Shown in pieces: positions 21,741 through 30,164 of a stretch of DNA of 64,000 bases. The stretch is from a phage. Both the position numbers and the translations under genes were made by a program. The stretch lies in sequence record PZ296772.1. One strand, written 5' to 3'. The notes below the pieces were generated by a model, which saw only the letters and a program-made list of their open reading frames with translations, ran no database searches and was not told the origin of the DNA. Position 1 is the stretch's first letter. Each line of letters starts with the position of its first letter.

Positions 21741-21968
21741 ATGGCTAAAGTTAGTATTGATGTCGTTGATTATGAATATACCGAAGAAGTTATTCGCAAC
21801 CGTCACCCTGAAGTTCGTATCGATTCAGCCCAAGATTCCAAGTTCTGGACAACTGAGCTTAATCTGAGTGGTCCTTATGAAGCTGTTAAGAAGTTCATGG
21901 TTGAAGAATACTGCGAAGGCATGCACCCGGAAGACGCCAAGTTTTATGTCAATTTGATTAAAAAATAA
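21741..21968 (+). CDS. Hypothetical protein
   Basis: 75-aa ORF. Confidence 0.5.
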   Translation: MAKVSIDVVDYEYTEEVIRNRHPEVRIDSAQDSKFWTTELNLSGPYEAVKKFMVEEYCEGMHPEDAKFYVNLIKK

Positions 21969-22005
21969 TTTACAAACTCTTGAGAGCAGAGTATAATGCT
22001 CTCAT
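21969..22005 (+). promoter_or_regulatory. Early promoter cassette (TTTACA, TATAAT, TGAGAGCA/TGCTCTCA inverted repeat)
   Basis: -35 21969-21974, -10 21992-21997, 8-bp inverted repeat flanking the -10; near-duplicate of cassette at 53512. Confidence 0.55.
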
Positions 22006-22038
22006 TGGATAATAAACCACCAATTGAAAGGTAATAAT

Positions 22039-22632
22039 ATGAACACACTGAAGAAACTTGTTGAATTCATCCGCACTAAACTGGGTACTGCTATGGCTAA
22101 AAATCTGACTGTCGAAGAACAGTATAATGCAGCTGCAGATAAGTTGATTACCCAAATCAGAGAACTAAAAACGGCTTCTGTTAAATCTATTAATGAAGAA
22201 AAACGTATTCGCGAACTTGTTATTGAAAAGAATAAGCAAGCCGCTTCTAAGGAACGTGAAATTCGTAAGCTCCTGGCTGAAGGACAAGATGTTACCATGC
22301 ATGCTAAGCTTGGTCTTCTGTATCGTCGAACTGCCGAACAACTTAATACAAAAGCTGACGGGTATGCCGCTATGCGAATTGAAATTGCTCGTAAGGTGGT
22401 TGAACTTGACGATGCTCGTCAGAATCTGGCAATCAAACTCGAATACATTCGTGAAACTCGAGCAGCCAATGCCCTTGGTATCTCTACGGCTGATGATGTA
22501 ATTGAAATCGCTGCACTGACTAAGGTTGATATCGAAGACACTCTGACTCGTGTTGAAACGTTCAATGGCACTCCAGCTGGTGTCGAAACCACTTCTGCCG
22601 ATGTACAAGAATATATTAACTCTTTGAAATAA
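22039..22632 (+). CDS. Coiled-coil protein
   Basis: 197-aa product from [16 protein letters not shown]; long heptad-rich helices; any PspA-like resemblance is compositional only. Confidence 0.5.
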   Translation: MNTLKKLVEFIRTKLGTAMAKNLTVEEQYNAAADKLITQIRELKTASVKSINEEKRIRELVIEKNKQAASKEREIRKLLAEGQDVTMHAKLGLLYRRTAEQLNTKADGYAAMRIEIARKVVELDDARQNLAIKLEYIRETRAANALGISTADDVIEIAALTKVDIEDTLTRVETFNGTPAGVETTSADVQEYINSLK

Positions 22633-22640
22633 AATAATAC

Positions 22641-22662
22641 GGAGGACTCAGGTCCTCCTTTT
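22641..22662 (+). terminator. Intrinsic terminator
   Basis: GGAGGAC-UCAG-GUCCUCC hairpin followed by UUUU. Confidence 0.65.
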
Positions 22663-22681
22663 GGATAATAAAGGAGTTAAC

Positions 22682-23278
22682 ATGCGAAACCAAAATAATG
22701 ATATTGACTCAATGTTCGAAGAGTTCCGAAATAAGGTAAATCCACCTACGTCTTTAGTTGATTCATTACGATATGTTGCAACTGGACGTAAATGGTACTG
22801 GTCGTCTTCTTATGAGACAACTGAATATGCAAATAACCGAAAATCTTTATTAGCCCCAGGTATTATGATTCATGATATCGGAGCTATTGCTAAACTAGTT
22901 GCAGACCATGATATTAGATTCACTGATTTCATTGCTCCTACATGGTCTGTTTGTTGTTTAAACACTGAACGGGACTATATCAGCGAACGCTCTGAAGATT
23001 ATTATGGTTTTAGAGATAAGCTCTTAAGGTCTAACATGTTTTATATCGATACTGAAGTTCTAGTCGATAATAAAAAATATTACTTTACGTTAATCGTCGA
23101 TTCTGAAACTATGTATGAAGGCAAGCCTTTGCTTAAAAGAGTTGATGCTTTAAGTGCTATTGATGCGCTTTATGAAACCATGGTTGTTAGTCCTAATTTC
23201 ACTAACAATTTAATCCTTGAGCAATTTATTATGGAATGTAGAGAATATGTCAAAGCCAACCCTATACATGCCAAGTAA
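22682..23278 (+). CDS. Hypothetical protein ending in FIMECR tail motif
   Basis: 198-aa product from MRNQNNDID (AAGGAG RBS); C-terminus ...EQFIMECREYVKANPIHAK. Confidence 0.55.
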   Translation: MRNQNNDIDSMFEEFRNKVNPPTSLVDSLRYVATGRKWYWSSSYETTEYANNRKSLLAPGIMIHDIGAIAKLVADHDIRFTDFIAPTWSVCCLNTERDYISERSEDYYGFRDKLLRSNMFYIDTEVLVDNKKYYFTLIVDSETMYEGKPLLKRVDALSAIDALYETMVVSPNFTNNLILEQFIMECREYVKANPIHAK

Positions 23279-23642
23279 GCCCTGGGCGTATGAATACAAG
23301 CGTAAATTAATCCCAAATGAAGTACTATTTGGCCCTATTTTAGCTTTAGCATTTTTAATCTTTATGATTATAGGAGCTGTTTTAGATTCTAGTGAAGTTA
23401 TATCGTCTGATGCAGCATTTTCATTAATGTTCGTCGCACCACTTATTGTACCATTTTTATTAATGCCTATTAACTGGGTAGGATATTGGCACCAAGGCCG
23501 TCATCACAGAGCTCGAGTTCGTGAGTGGAAAGTTCAGTGCGCAAAAGCCCAAGCTCAGTATGATGAAGCTGTTAAAAAGTATGAATATGAAGAAGCTATG
23601 GAATTCGTTAAGGAAATAAGATGCAAAAGCCTCAACTCTTAA
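23247..23642 (+). CDS. Membrane protein (2 TM) with basic/helical C-terminal tail
   Basis: Start chosen at MSKPTLYMPSK (alternatives 23217 or 23268); hydrophobic helices; tail ...EFVKEIRCKSLNS. Confidence 0.45.
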   Translation: MSKPTLYMPSKPWAYEYKRKLIPNEVLFGPILALAFLIFMIIGAVLDSSEVISSDAAFSLMFVAPLIVPFLLMPINWVGYWHQGRHHRARVREWKVQCAKAQAQYDEAVKKYEYEEAMEFVKEIRCKSLNS

Positions 23643-23980
23643 CCGTATGGCCTTCTCTTGGTGAGAATATTTTAATTTTTATCACGAGCGCCGGCATGGG
23701 ATTTGCCTTTGGATTAGTTGGATTTCTTATTGACGGCGTTGTGTTAGGATTTATAGGGAACACTGGTGGGTTCACAGACCAATGGCAGGACTTACGGTAT
23801 ACCCAAGCCTTTGCATCCATCGCATCCTTTTGTACTGTAGTCTATTTTTACTACGATTTTATAAACCATAACAAGAAAAATAAAAAGGTTTACGCTTCTC
23901 AAATGATTAGTTATAATGAACTCCTAGCTAGACGTGAAAATGAAACAATCGAAAACTTTATTAAGGAATGTAGAAAATGA
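23621..23980 (+). CDS. Membrane protein with C-terminal ENFIKECRK tail
   Basis: 119-aa ORF; 2-3 hydrophobic helices then Lys-rich linker and ENFIKECRK terminus. Confidence 0.55.
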   Translation: MQKPQLLTVWPSLGENILIFITSAGMGFAFGLVGFLIDGVVLGFIGNTGGFTDQWQDLRYTQAFASIASFCTVVYFYYDFINHNKKNKKVYASQMISYNELLARRENETIENFIKECRK

Positions 23981-24282
23981 GTAAGATTATTGAAATTAAA
24001 GTACCAGAGTTTAATGATGCCAAATCCGCTTCAGATGCAATTTATAAACTTCTGAATCAAGCTGAACGTATCGAAGAAGAAGCAACAAAGATCGCAGACC
24101 AATATTCTGTATCATTTTCTGTAGGTGATTATGGTAGCGGTCGTACTTATTATCCTAAGGGTGAAATCGTATCCCAGTGGATGAAAAATGAAATTGAAAA
24201 TAATGGCGGCGATGTTAAGCGTGAAGGTAATGGTTACGTTATTACTGAAGGTGCTTGGGTTTCGTCTTCTGCGTTGTGCTAA
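23977..24282 (+). CDS. Tandem paralog 1 of GWVSSSxxC family
   Basis: 101-aa ORF ending GAWVSSSALC; followed by two paralogs with near-identical spacers (TGCTAAGGAA..ATG). Confidence 0.55.
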   Translation: MSKIIEIKVPEFNDAKSASDAIYKLLNQAERIEEEATKIADQYSVSFSVGDYGSGRTYYPKGEIVSQWMKNEIENNGGDVKREGNGYVITEGAWVSSSALC

Positions 24283-24291
24283 GGAATCATT

Positions 24292-24564
24292 ATGTCTAAA
24301 GAACAAACCGAACTGGCTGAAGCCGTAGCAAAAATATATGCAGCTATTGAGGCTGCCAAAGAAATTGCTGATAAACAAAACACAACATTCGACTTGTATC
24401 CAGCTTATGGTATGGGTGGAACCTATCATTCACCAGGACATCTTAAAGCCGATCTTGAACGTTGTACAAAAAACGGTTATGCTGAATGGGCTGATGTTTA
24501 TCAATACGACTACAACCTGAGCCTTGAAGATGGTGGTTGGGTTGCATCTTCACACACTTGCTAA
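24292..24564 (+). CDS. Tandem paralog 2 of GWVSSSxxC family
   Basis: 90-aa ORF ending GGWVASSHTC. Confidence 0.55.
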   Translation: MSKEQTELAEAVAKIYAAIEAAKEIADKQNTTFDLYPAYGMGGTYHSPGHLKADLERCTKNGYAEWADVYQYDYNLSLEDGGWVASSHTC

Positions 24565-24573
24565 GGAAACCAT

Positions 24574-24771
24574 ATGTCTCGTGAATTAGATTGTGCTGTA
24601 CGTACCGCGGTAGCTGCTCTAGAAAACCTGTTCCAAATTGCAACAGAAGAACGCGAAGAAGTTACATTATGGATTGAAGATAACGCAGGTCTGAATCTCC
24701 AGGACGCGATCTCATTATCTAATAATAGCATTACTGTTCAAGGCTGGGTATCGTCTAGTTATTCTTGCTAA
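24574..24771 (+). CDS. Tandem paralog 3 of GWVSSSxxC family
   Basis: 65-aa ORF ending QGWVSSSYSC. Confidence 0.55.
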   Translation: MSRELDCAVRTAVAALENLFQIATEEREEVTLWIEDNAGLNLQDAISLSNNSITVQGWVSSSYSC

Positions 24772-24775
24772 AACA

Positions 24776-24814
24776 GTTTACAATAAGATAGGACTATGTT
24801 ATAGTAGTCCTATC
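24776..24814 (+). promoter_or_regulatory. Early promoter cassette (GTTTAC, TATAGT, GATAGGACTA/TAGTCCTATC inverted repeat)
   Basis: -35 24776-24781, -10 24800-24805, perfect 10-bp inverted repeat 24787-24796 / 24805-24814. Confidence 0.65.
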
Positions 24815-24833
24815 AAATTAAATGGAGTCCGCA

Positions 24834-25073
24834 ATGATTTATTACGAAAGTATCGGAACCAAAGTGGTTGGTAAAACCATTACTCGTGAAAAGTTTGCAA
24901 AGATATTCGATATGCGTTATAAAAAATCTGAACACAAAGGCATCCGATTCGAAGATGCGCACTGTGCAATTTGCCCTTATAATGAAGACGTAAATGGTAC
25001 AATCGTTCCATTGGTAGAGGCTTCACATGATGACCTCTGGGATGAATATAATATCGCATGTCGTGAAATTTAA
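24834..25073 (+). CDS. Hypothetical protein
   Basis: 79-aa product from MIYYESIGTK (GGAG RBS); ends ...YNIACREI. Confidence 0.5.
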   Translation: MIYYESIGTKVVGKTITREKFAKIFDMRYKKSEHKGIRFEDAHCAICPYNEDVNGTIVPLVEASHDDLWDEYNIACREI

Positions 25074-25101
25074 GTTAATGAATTAATCCGAGGAAAATAT
25101 T

Positions 25102-26058
25102 ATGATGTTAGTTATTGGTTCTCGTGCACTTCACTATCATGGTCTTATTGATTCTAGCGCTATCAAAAATAGTGATTGGGACTTTATTGCAGACCAAGGT
25201 TCTTGGAATGCATTCAAAAATCAAATGATGGGTGTATATGTTCATCAAGATAACCCTGATGTCCAAGTTTTCAAATGCTTCCATAATGGACGCGAAACTC
25301 ATTTTGAAGCATATATTGTTCCGGCAATCACTAATGTCCGTGAATTAGTCGGTGAACTCACTCCTGAAGATTTCACGTCTTCTTATGACCTTTTAAAATA
25401 CGCCAAGAAAAATTTGACTAAAGACCGTTTGACCGGGTTTTACTGGGCAACTCCTGAGATATGTCTTGCAATTAAAATGTCTCATCGTTTCAAGAAAAAT
25501 AATCCATTCTTTTTAAAGACTATGAACCATATTCAGTATCTTCGCGGTAAAGGTGTTACACTGAACGATGAACTTACTGAAATTATGCTGAAACGCCAGA
25601 AAGAAACTTTGAACTATGCTCACCCGGTTCTTGACACTTCTAAAAGTGCGTTCTTTAAAGATGACATCTATACATATGACCATGATACTATTCATGAAGC
25701 CATTGCACTAACTGACCAGCCTGCTTATAAGTTTTATATGAAAGAAGGCTCAGAAGTTATGACATCACGCGAGAAGTTCGAATCATTACCAGAAATGGTT
25801 AAATTAGCCGGTGTATATGAAGAAGCTTGTGTATTAGCTCTTGAACGTTCACAGATTCCTAACGACTTTAAAATCCATCCGAGTGATAGTTTTATGATGG
25901 CCCTTGAAAAGGTCTGTACATCAATCACATCAGGATGGTTCCGTGAGTTCGCTTGGGAAAATTATAGCAAAGTAGTAAGTATGTACCAAAGCTTAGGACA
26001 TGACGATTACGTCAAGCGTTTCAAACAAAACTTTCATATGGTAAAACCTTTCAAATAA
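25102..26058 (+). CDS. Hypothetical protein, possible nucleotidyltransferase-like N-terminus (weak)
   Basis: 318-aa ORF; N-terminal VIGSRA...(17 aa)...SDWDFI loosely resembles hG[GS]...DxD of Pol-beta-type NTases but spacing is long. Confidence 0.5.
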   Translation: MMLVIGSRALHYHGLIDSSAIKNSDWDFIADQGSWNAFKNQMMGVYVHQDNPDVQVFKCFHNGRETHFEAYIVPAITNVRELVGELTPEDFTSSYDLLKYAKKNLTKDRLTGFYWATPEICLAIKMSHRFKKNNPFFLKTMNHIQYLRGKGVTLNDELTEIMLKRQKETLNYAHPVLDTSKSAFFKDDIYTYDHDTIHEAIALTDQPAYKFYMKEGSEVMTSREKFESLPEMVKLAGVYEEACVLALERSQIPNDFKIHPSDSFMMALEKVCTSITSGWFREFAWENYSKVVSMYQSLGHDDYVKRFKQNFHMVKPFK

Positions 26059-26070
26059 TTTCACAAAACA

Positions 26071-26106
26071 GTTTACAAGGTCTGTAGTTGTTGATACTAT
26101 AGACCT
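26071..26106 (+). promoter_or_regulatory. Early promoter cassette (GTTTAC, TACTAT, AGGTCTGTAG/CTATAGACCT inverted repeat)
   Basis: -35 26071-26076, -10 26095-26100, inverted repeat with one mismatch. Confidence 0.6.
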
Positions 26107-26138
26107 ATCAAAACAAATGAGTGAATGGAGATATAAAA

Positions 26139-26339
26139 ATGACTACTTTGAATAAACGTTTCGGTAAAGCTAAACCTGGTTGTGCAGCAGAACGTCGTTA
26201 TGTTTTCGCTCAGTTAGAAGATGTAGAGTATCAGATTAATCAAGTTCACATTACTGGTATCGAGCCTATGTGTGGCCTTGAAGCTCTTCGTGAAGTTCGT
26301 GATGGGTATCGTCGTGACATCGAAGAAATGTCAAAATAA
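26139..26339 (+). CDS. Hypothetical protein
   Basis: 66-aa product from MTTLNKRFGKAKPG (GGAG RBS). Confidence 0.5.
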   Translation: MTTLNKRFGKAKPGCAAERRYVFAQLEDVEYQINQVHITGIEPMCGLEALREVRDGYRRDIEEMSK

Positions 26340-26340
26340 G

Positions 26341-26378
26341 TGTACAAACTGATAGGGCTATGTTATAGTAGTCCTATC
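26341..26378 (+). promoter_or_regulatory. Early promoter cassette (TGTACA, TATAGT, GATAGGGCTA/TAGTCCTATC inverted repeat)
   Basis: -35 26341-26346, -10 26364-26369, imperfect 10-bp inverted repeat. Confidence 0.55.
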
Positions 26379-26395
26379 AACTTGAGGAGAATATT

Positions 26396-26701
26396 ATGAA
26401 ATTAACAGAAACCAACCGAATCGGTCTTTTTACAATATTTGCATCGCTTTTTTACGCAGCTCTTTCTGTTGCAGTATTACAAAAGGCTTACGATATGGAT
26501 GGTGTTCCTGGTTGTATATTTTTATCACCGTTTTTATTATTCGTCGGAGCTTTGATATTATATGCCACGTCCGGTTTAGACCATAATGTCTGGGTCAATT
26601 ATAAACGTAAATTGTCCGAAGAAGAACACGCAGAAGCTCGTAAAAAAGCTATTGAATCTACCAATCTAGAAAATTTCATTAAAGAATGTCGAGGAAAATA
26701 A
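26396..26701 (+). CDS. Membrane protein (2 TM) with C-terminal ENFIKECRGK tail
   Basis: 101-aa ORF; two hydrophobic helices, charged helical linker, ENFIKECRGK terminus. Confidence 0.6.
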   Translation: MKLTETNRIGLFTIFASLFYAALSVAVLQKAYDMDGVPGCIFLSPFLLFVGALILYATSGLDHNVWVNYKRKLSEEEHAEARKKAIESTNLENFIKECRGK

Positions 26702-26702
26702 T

Positions 26703-27389
26703 ATGAATAGTTCTAAAGTGTTTAATAGTCAAGCTCGTGCAGTAGGTGGTTTTGCCGGCGGTATTTCTAATGATAAAATCAAGAACGAGCCTATGTTCTT
26801 CAACTGTAGTTTAGAATTTGCTTATAATAACGGCGGTCCTATTACTCGCTCTTTCATTATGAACTTGCCGGATGATTGGAACACCGACCAGGTTGTATTT
26901 GATTCACGAGTCCACATGCTGATGCCTGGTTGGTATCCTGCAATCCCAGGCTATCACCATGATGACGTACCACGCCCAGATATTCCAGTTGGTCAACACT
27001 TTATTACTGCAGGACAACCTGACTATGACAACCCTCGTTACCATTCTGAACATATTCTTGGTCTTGTTAACGCTGATGTGTGTCCTACTCATTTTGCAAC
27101 AGGAACTGCGGAGTTCAGTCAGATTCCTGATGGCGAACTTATCTATCGCCAGTGGCACAAAGAAGTCCTCGAAAAAATTGAAAAAGGTGAACTAGAGAAA
27201 TGGGAAGCTCCGGACCGTACTCTTCTTCAGTTTGATTGGCAAACATGGCACACTGGTTCTCGTGCAATTAGTAATGGATGGCGTTGGTTCGGACGTGTAT
27301 CTCGTAATACAGACAGAGTTAAAAAGATTACCAATGAAATTCGTGTCAATGCCCAAGTTTATCTGGAATTCCCTATGGAAGGCTGGTAA
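26703..27389 (+). CDS. Hypothetical protein (His-rich, possible metal-binding)
   Basis: 228-aa ORF with YHHDD and HSEH clusters; function not assignable from sequence. Confidence 0.5.
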   Translation: MNSSKVFNSQARAVGGFAGGISNDKIKNEPMFFNCSLEFAYNNGGPITRSFIMNLPDDWNTDQVVFDSRVHMLMPGWYPAIPGYHHDDVPRPDIPVGQHFITAGQPDYDNPRYHSEHILGLVNADVCPTHFATGTAEFSQIPDGELIYRQWHKEVLEKIEKGELEKWEAPDRTLLQFDWQTWHTGSRAISNGWRWFGRVSRNTDRVKKITNEIRVNAQVYLEFPMEGW

Positions 27390-27880
27390 TGATACATAAA
27401 ATTCACTGGGCAAACATGGACGATGGCGATGAAGGTATTTCATATTATTCTATAGATTGGACAGGATGTCCATCCTACTTAGTGAAACATATTTGTCAAG
27501 AATTTAAAATCGACCAGCCAGCAGGTATTATCGTGAACAGATACATTAATGGATATCAACCTATCGATGAAGTAATACGAACAACTCAAGCTGAGCTTGA
27601 AAAGTTTTTCAATAAGTGCCAATGGATAACAGGATGGATTATATTTGTACCGTCTATATGGTTTTTCAGTACTAAGGTGAGTTCTTTCGGTTTTGTTGAT
27701 ACTATTGCTATCTTATTAGCATCTAGTATCATAAGTGTTGTTGGTGGCATCATTGGCGGCGGTACCGCCGCCATCATTATTAATCTTGTTAAAAGTAGTT
27801 TACAAGAACATAAAGACAAGATAAAAGCCAAGAATAATGAAGTTGAACGTTTTATTACCGAATGCAGGAATTTGAGATGA
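27389..27880 (+). CDS. Membrane protein with C-terminal ERFITECRNLR tail
   Basis: 163-aa ORF; soluble N-domain, two hydrophobic helices (res. about 85-135), Lys-rich linker and FITECR terminus. Confidence 0.6.
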   Translation: MIHKIHWANMDDGDEGISYYSIDWTGCPSYLVKHICQEFKIDQPAGIIVNRYINGYQPIDEVIRTTQAELEKFFNKCQWITGWIIFVPSIWFFSTKVSSFGFVDTIAILLASSIISVVGGIIGGGTAAIIINLVKSSLQEHKDKIKAKNNEVERFITECRNLR

Positions 27881-28113
27881 GTATAGCAATTTACATTAAA
27901 TCAGAATCATGTGATTCTTATCTGTATTCCTATGATACCGGAACGTCAGAAGAGAAAATCAAAGAAGATTTAGAAAGCGACTTGGATATGTTCCGACCTA
28001 TTTCTGATTATATGGTCCAAATATCTGATAGTGAAAGTCCGTCAACAGAAACATGTGTTGAAATTATTATACGAGATATCTTTAAACAATCACGGGACCG
28101 AGATGATGAGTAA
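27877..28113 (+). CDS. Hypothetical acidic protein
   Basis: 78-aa product from MSIAIYIKSES. Confidence 0.45.
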   Translation: MSIAIYIKSESCDSYLYSYDTGTSEEKIKEDLESDLDMFRPISDYMVQISDSESPSTETCVEIIIRDIFKQSRDRDDE

Positions 28114-28561
28114 GAAAAATAAAGTGAAAGAACTATCAGCCGGTATTATTTTCCTTACCGAAGATAAAGAATTATTCATGGGGCGTGTAACTGGTTCTCG
28201 TCCTAAAGGTTCTTTAGCTCATCGGTGGGATATTCCTAAAGGTCGTGTCGAGCCCGGTGAATCTCCTATCGAAGCCGCTATTCGTGAATGCGAAGAAGAA
28301 ACTGGGTTTACACAATATGACCCTGCCTTCCTGAAAGACCTAGGTGAACATCATTACTCAGACAATAAGAATATTCATCTGTTCCTATATACCATCCCTG
28401 TAGAGCACGAGCAATTCAGAAACAGTGTTTGTAATTCCTATCATACATTCCCAGATGGACGACAGATTCCTGAATTTGATGCATTCGCTTTAATTAAACC
28501 TTCTCAATGGGAATATGTAATGGGCAAATCATTATATAAGGTGCTCACTACCCTCTTATAA
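28103..28561 (+). CDS. nudE: Nudix hydrolase NudE
   Basis: Nudix box GRVEPGESPIEAAIRECEEETG; 152 aa; immediately upstream of lysozyme e as in T4. Confidence 0.9.
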   Translation: MMSKKNKVKELSAGIIFLTEDKELFMGRVTGSRPKGSLAHRWDIPKGRVEPGESPIEAAIRECEEETGFTQYDPAFLKDLGEHHYSDNKNIHLFLYTIPVEHEQFRNSVCNSYHTFPDGRQIPEFDAFALIKPSQWEYVMGKSLYKVLTTLL

Positions 28562-28569
28562 GTAATAAA

Positions 28570-28593
28570 TACCTCCTATAAACGTGGGAGGTA
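28570..28593 (+). promoter_or_regulatory. Stem-loop sequestering the Shine-Dalgarno of gene e
   Basis: TACCTCC-tataaacgtg-GGAGGTA: 3' arm contains GGAGG 5 nt before the e start codon; loop contains late-promoter-like TATAAACG. Confidence 0.6.
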
Positions 28594-28595
28594 TT

Positions 28596-29084
28596 ATGAA
28601 TATATTTGAAATGCTTCGTAATGACGAAGGTCTTAGACTGACTTTATACAAAGACACTGAAGGCTTTTGGACTATTGGCATAGGCCATTTAGTAACAAAG
28701 AACCCGTCTTTAGCCGTAGCTAAAGCTGAACTTGACAGAATGATCGGTCGTAAATGCAACGGTACAATTACACTTGATGAGGCTGAAAAGCTATTTAATG
28801 AAGACGTTGATAAAGCCGTTCGCGGAGTCTTGGGTAATGCTAAACTTAAACCGGTATATGATTCTTTAGATGCGGTTCGTCGATGTGCATTGGTCAATAT
28901 GGTCTTCCAAATGGGTGTAGCAGGCGTCGCCGGTTTTACTAATTCTCTTCGTATGCTTCAACAGAAACGTTGGGACGAGGCGGCAGTAAATCTAGCCCAA
29001 TCTAAATGGTATCGTCAGACACCTAATCGCGCGAAACGCGTAATCTCAACATTTAAAACAGGAACTTGGAAAGCGTATATATGA
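28596..29084 (+). CDS. e: Endolysin (T4 lysozyme e)
   Basis: 162-aa product [32 protein letters not shown]... about 80% identical to T4 lysozyme from memory; catalytic Glu/Asp/Thr context conserved. Confidence 0.97.
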   Translation: MNIFEMLRNDEGLRLTLYKDTEGFWTIGIGHLVTKNPSLAVAKAELDRMIGRKCNGTITLDEAEKLFNEDVDKAVRGVLGNAKLKPVYDSLDAVRRCALVNMVFQMGVAGVAGFTNSLRMLQQKRWDEAAVNLAQSKWYRQTPNRAKRVISTFKTGTWKAYI

Positions 29085-29362
29085 AAACATATAGTGAATT
29101 TTTATCAGAATCTATTCTTAGCGAAGCTACTGACACATTTGCAACTAAGCTAGGTGCAGCTTTGGTTGAAGCTGAAAGTCTATTAGCACGTATTTCTGAA
29201 CTTGCTAGTAAGATAGATACTCGCAAATTTGAGCGCACCAGTGATATCGTTAAGCTTGAAGCATTGTTGCGCATGTGTGATAAACCAGAAGAAATCGCTA
29301 AGAACGGTTCGCTGATGAAACAACGTCTTGAAAAATATATTTCAGGCGCTTCAGAAAAATAG
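29081..29362 (+). CDS. Capsid-targeted internal protein candidate (IPIII/IPII position)
   Basis: 93-aa product from [15 protein letters not shown] (CTS-like, LSE at 8-10 and 13-15). Confidence 0.65.
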   Translation: MKTYSEFLSESILSEATDTFATKLGAALVEAESLLARISELASKIDTRKFERTSDIVKLEALLRMCDKPEEIAKNGSLMKQRLEKYISGASEK

Positions 29363-29363
29363 T

Positions 29364-29416
29364 GTTTACTTCCTCCAAGGTCTTTGATACTATACATTCA
29401 TCAACTACTTGGAGGA
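29364..29416 (+). promoter_or_regulatory. Early promoter cassette upstream of denV (GTTTAC, TACTAT, 9-bp inverted repeat containing the denV RBS)
   Basis: -35 29364-29369, -10 29388-29393, TCCTCCAAG (29371-29379) / CTTGGAGGA (29408-29416). Confidence 0.6.
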
Positions 29417-29420
29417 AATT

Positions 29421-29834
29421 ATGACTCGTATCAATTTAACACTTGTTTCTGAACTGGCCGACCAACATCTTATGGCTGAGTATCGTGAATTACCACGCGT
29501 ATTTGGTGCAGTCCGTAAACATGTCCAAAATGGTAAACGTGTAAAGGATTTTAAAATCTCTCCAACATTTATCTTAGGCACAGGTCACGTAACATTCTTT
29601 TACGACAAACTCGAATTTTTACGTTTACGTCAAATCGAGCTAATCGCTGAATGTTTGAAACGCGGTTTCAAAATAAAGGACACGACGGTCCAGGATATTT
29701 CCGACATACCTGCCGAATTTCGTAATAATTATGTCCCGTCCGAAGCGTCCATTGCGATAAGTCAAGCACGCTTAGATGAAAAAATTGCTCAACGTCCGAC
29801 TTGGTACAAATACTATGGTAAATCAATTTACTAA
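29421..29834 (+). CDS. denV: Endonuclease V (pyrimidine dimer DNA glycosylase)
   Basis: 137-aa product [34 protein letters not shown]..., very close to T4 endo V from memory. Confidence 0.95.
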   Translation: MTRINLTLVSELADQHLMAEYRELPRVFGAVRKHVQNGKRVKDFKISPTFILGTGHVTFFYDKLEFLRLRQIELIAECLKRGFKIKDTTVQDISDIPAEFRNNYVPSEASIAISQARLDEKIAQRPTWYKYYGKSIY

Positions 29835-29840
29835 GGAAAA

Positions 29841-30101
29841 ATGAAAATGTATCAAGAATTTATCTTTGAAGCAGATGCCAAAGGTCCTAAATTTAAAGTT
29901 AAAGCTTTCATTGGTGATGCGGAAGACTTTGGCTCGTTAAAACGTAATGGATATTCTTTCTTAGGTGGCGATGGTAAAGAAATCAACACCTATGCAAAAC
30001 GTAGTGAAATTGCTTATGTTGTAGCAAGCCCTAAAGTAGACGTTGGCGATATTGGATATGATTTTAACAACTTCGGAATTATTTCTGGCGGTAAAGCTTA
30101 A
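29841..30101 (+). CDS. Capsid-targeted internal protein candidate
   Basis: 86-aa ORF starting MKMYQEFIFEADAKG (CTS-like, IFE at 8-10). Confidence 0.65.
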   Translation: MKMYQEFIFEADAKGPKFKVKAFIGDAEDFGSLKRNGYSFLGGDGKEINTYAKRSEIAYVVASPKVDVGDIGYDFNNFGIISGGKA

Positions 30102-30104
30102 ACG

Positions 30105-30145
30105 GTTTACGCTTAAGTATTAATATGGTATAATTGCTCTATCAA
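30105..30145 (+). promoter_or_regulatory. Early promoter cassette (GTTTAC -35, TATAAT -10)
   Basis: -35 30105-30110, -10 30129-30134, 18-bp spacer, CTATCAAAAC leader. Confidence 0.5.
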
Positions 30146-30164
30146 AACAAACAAGGAAACAAAA

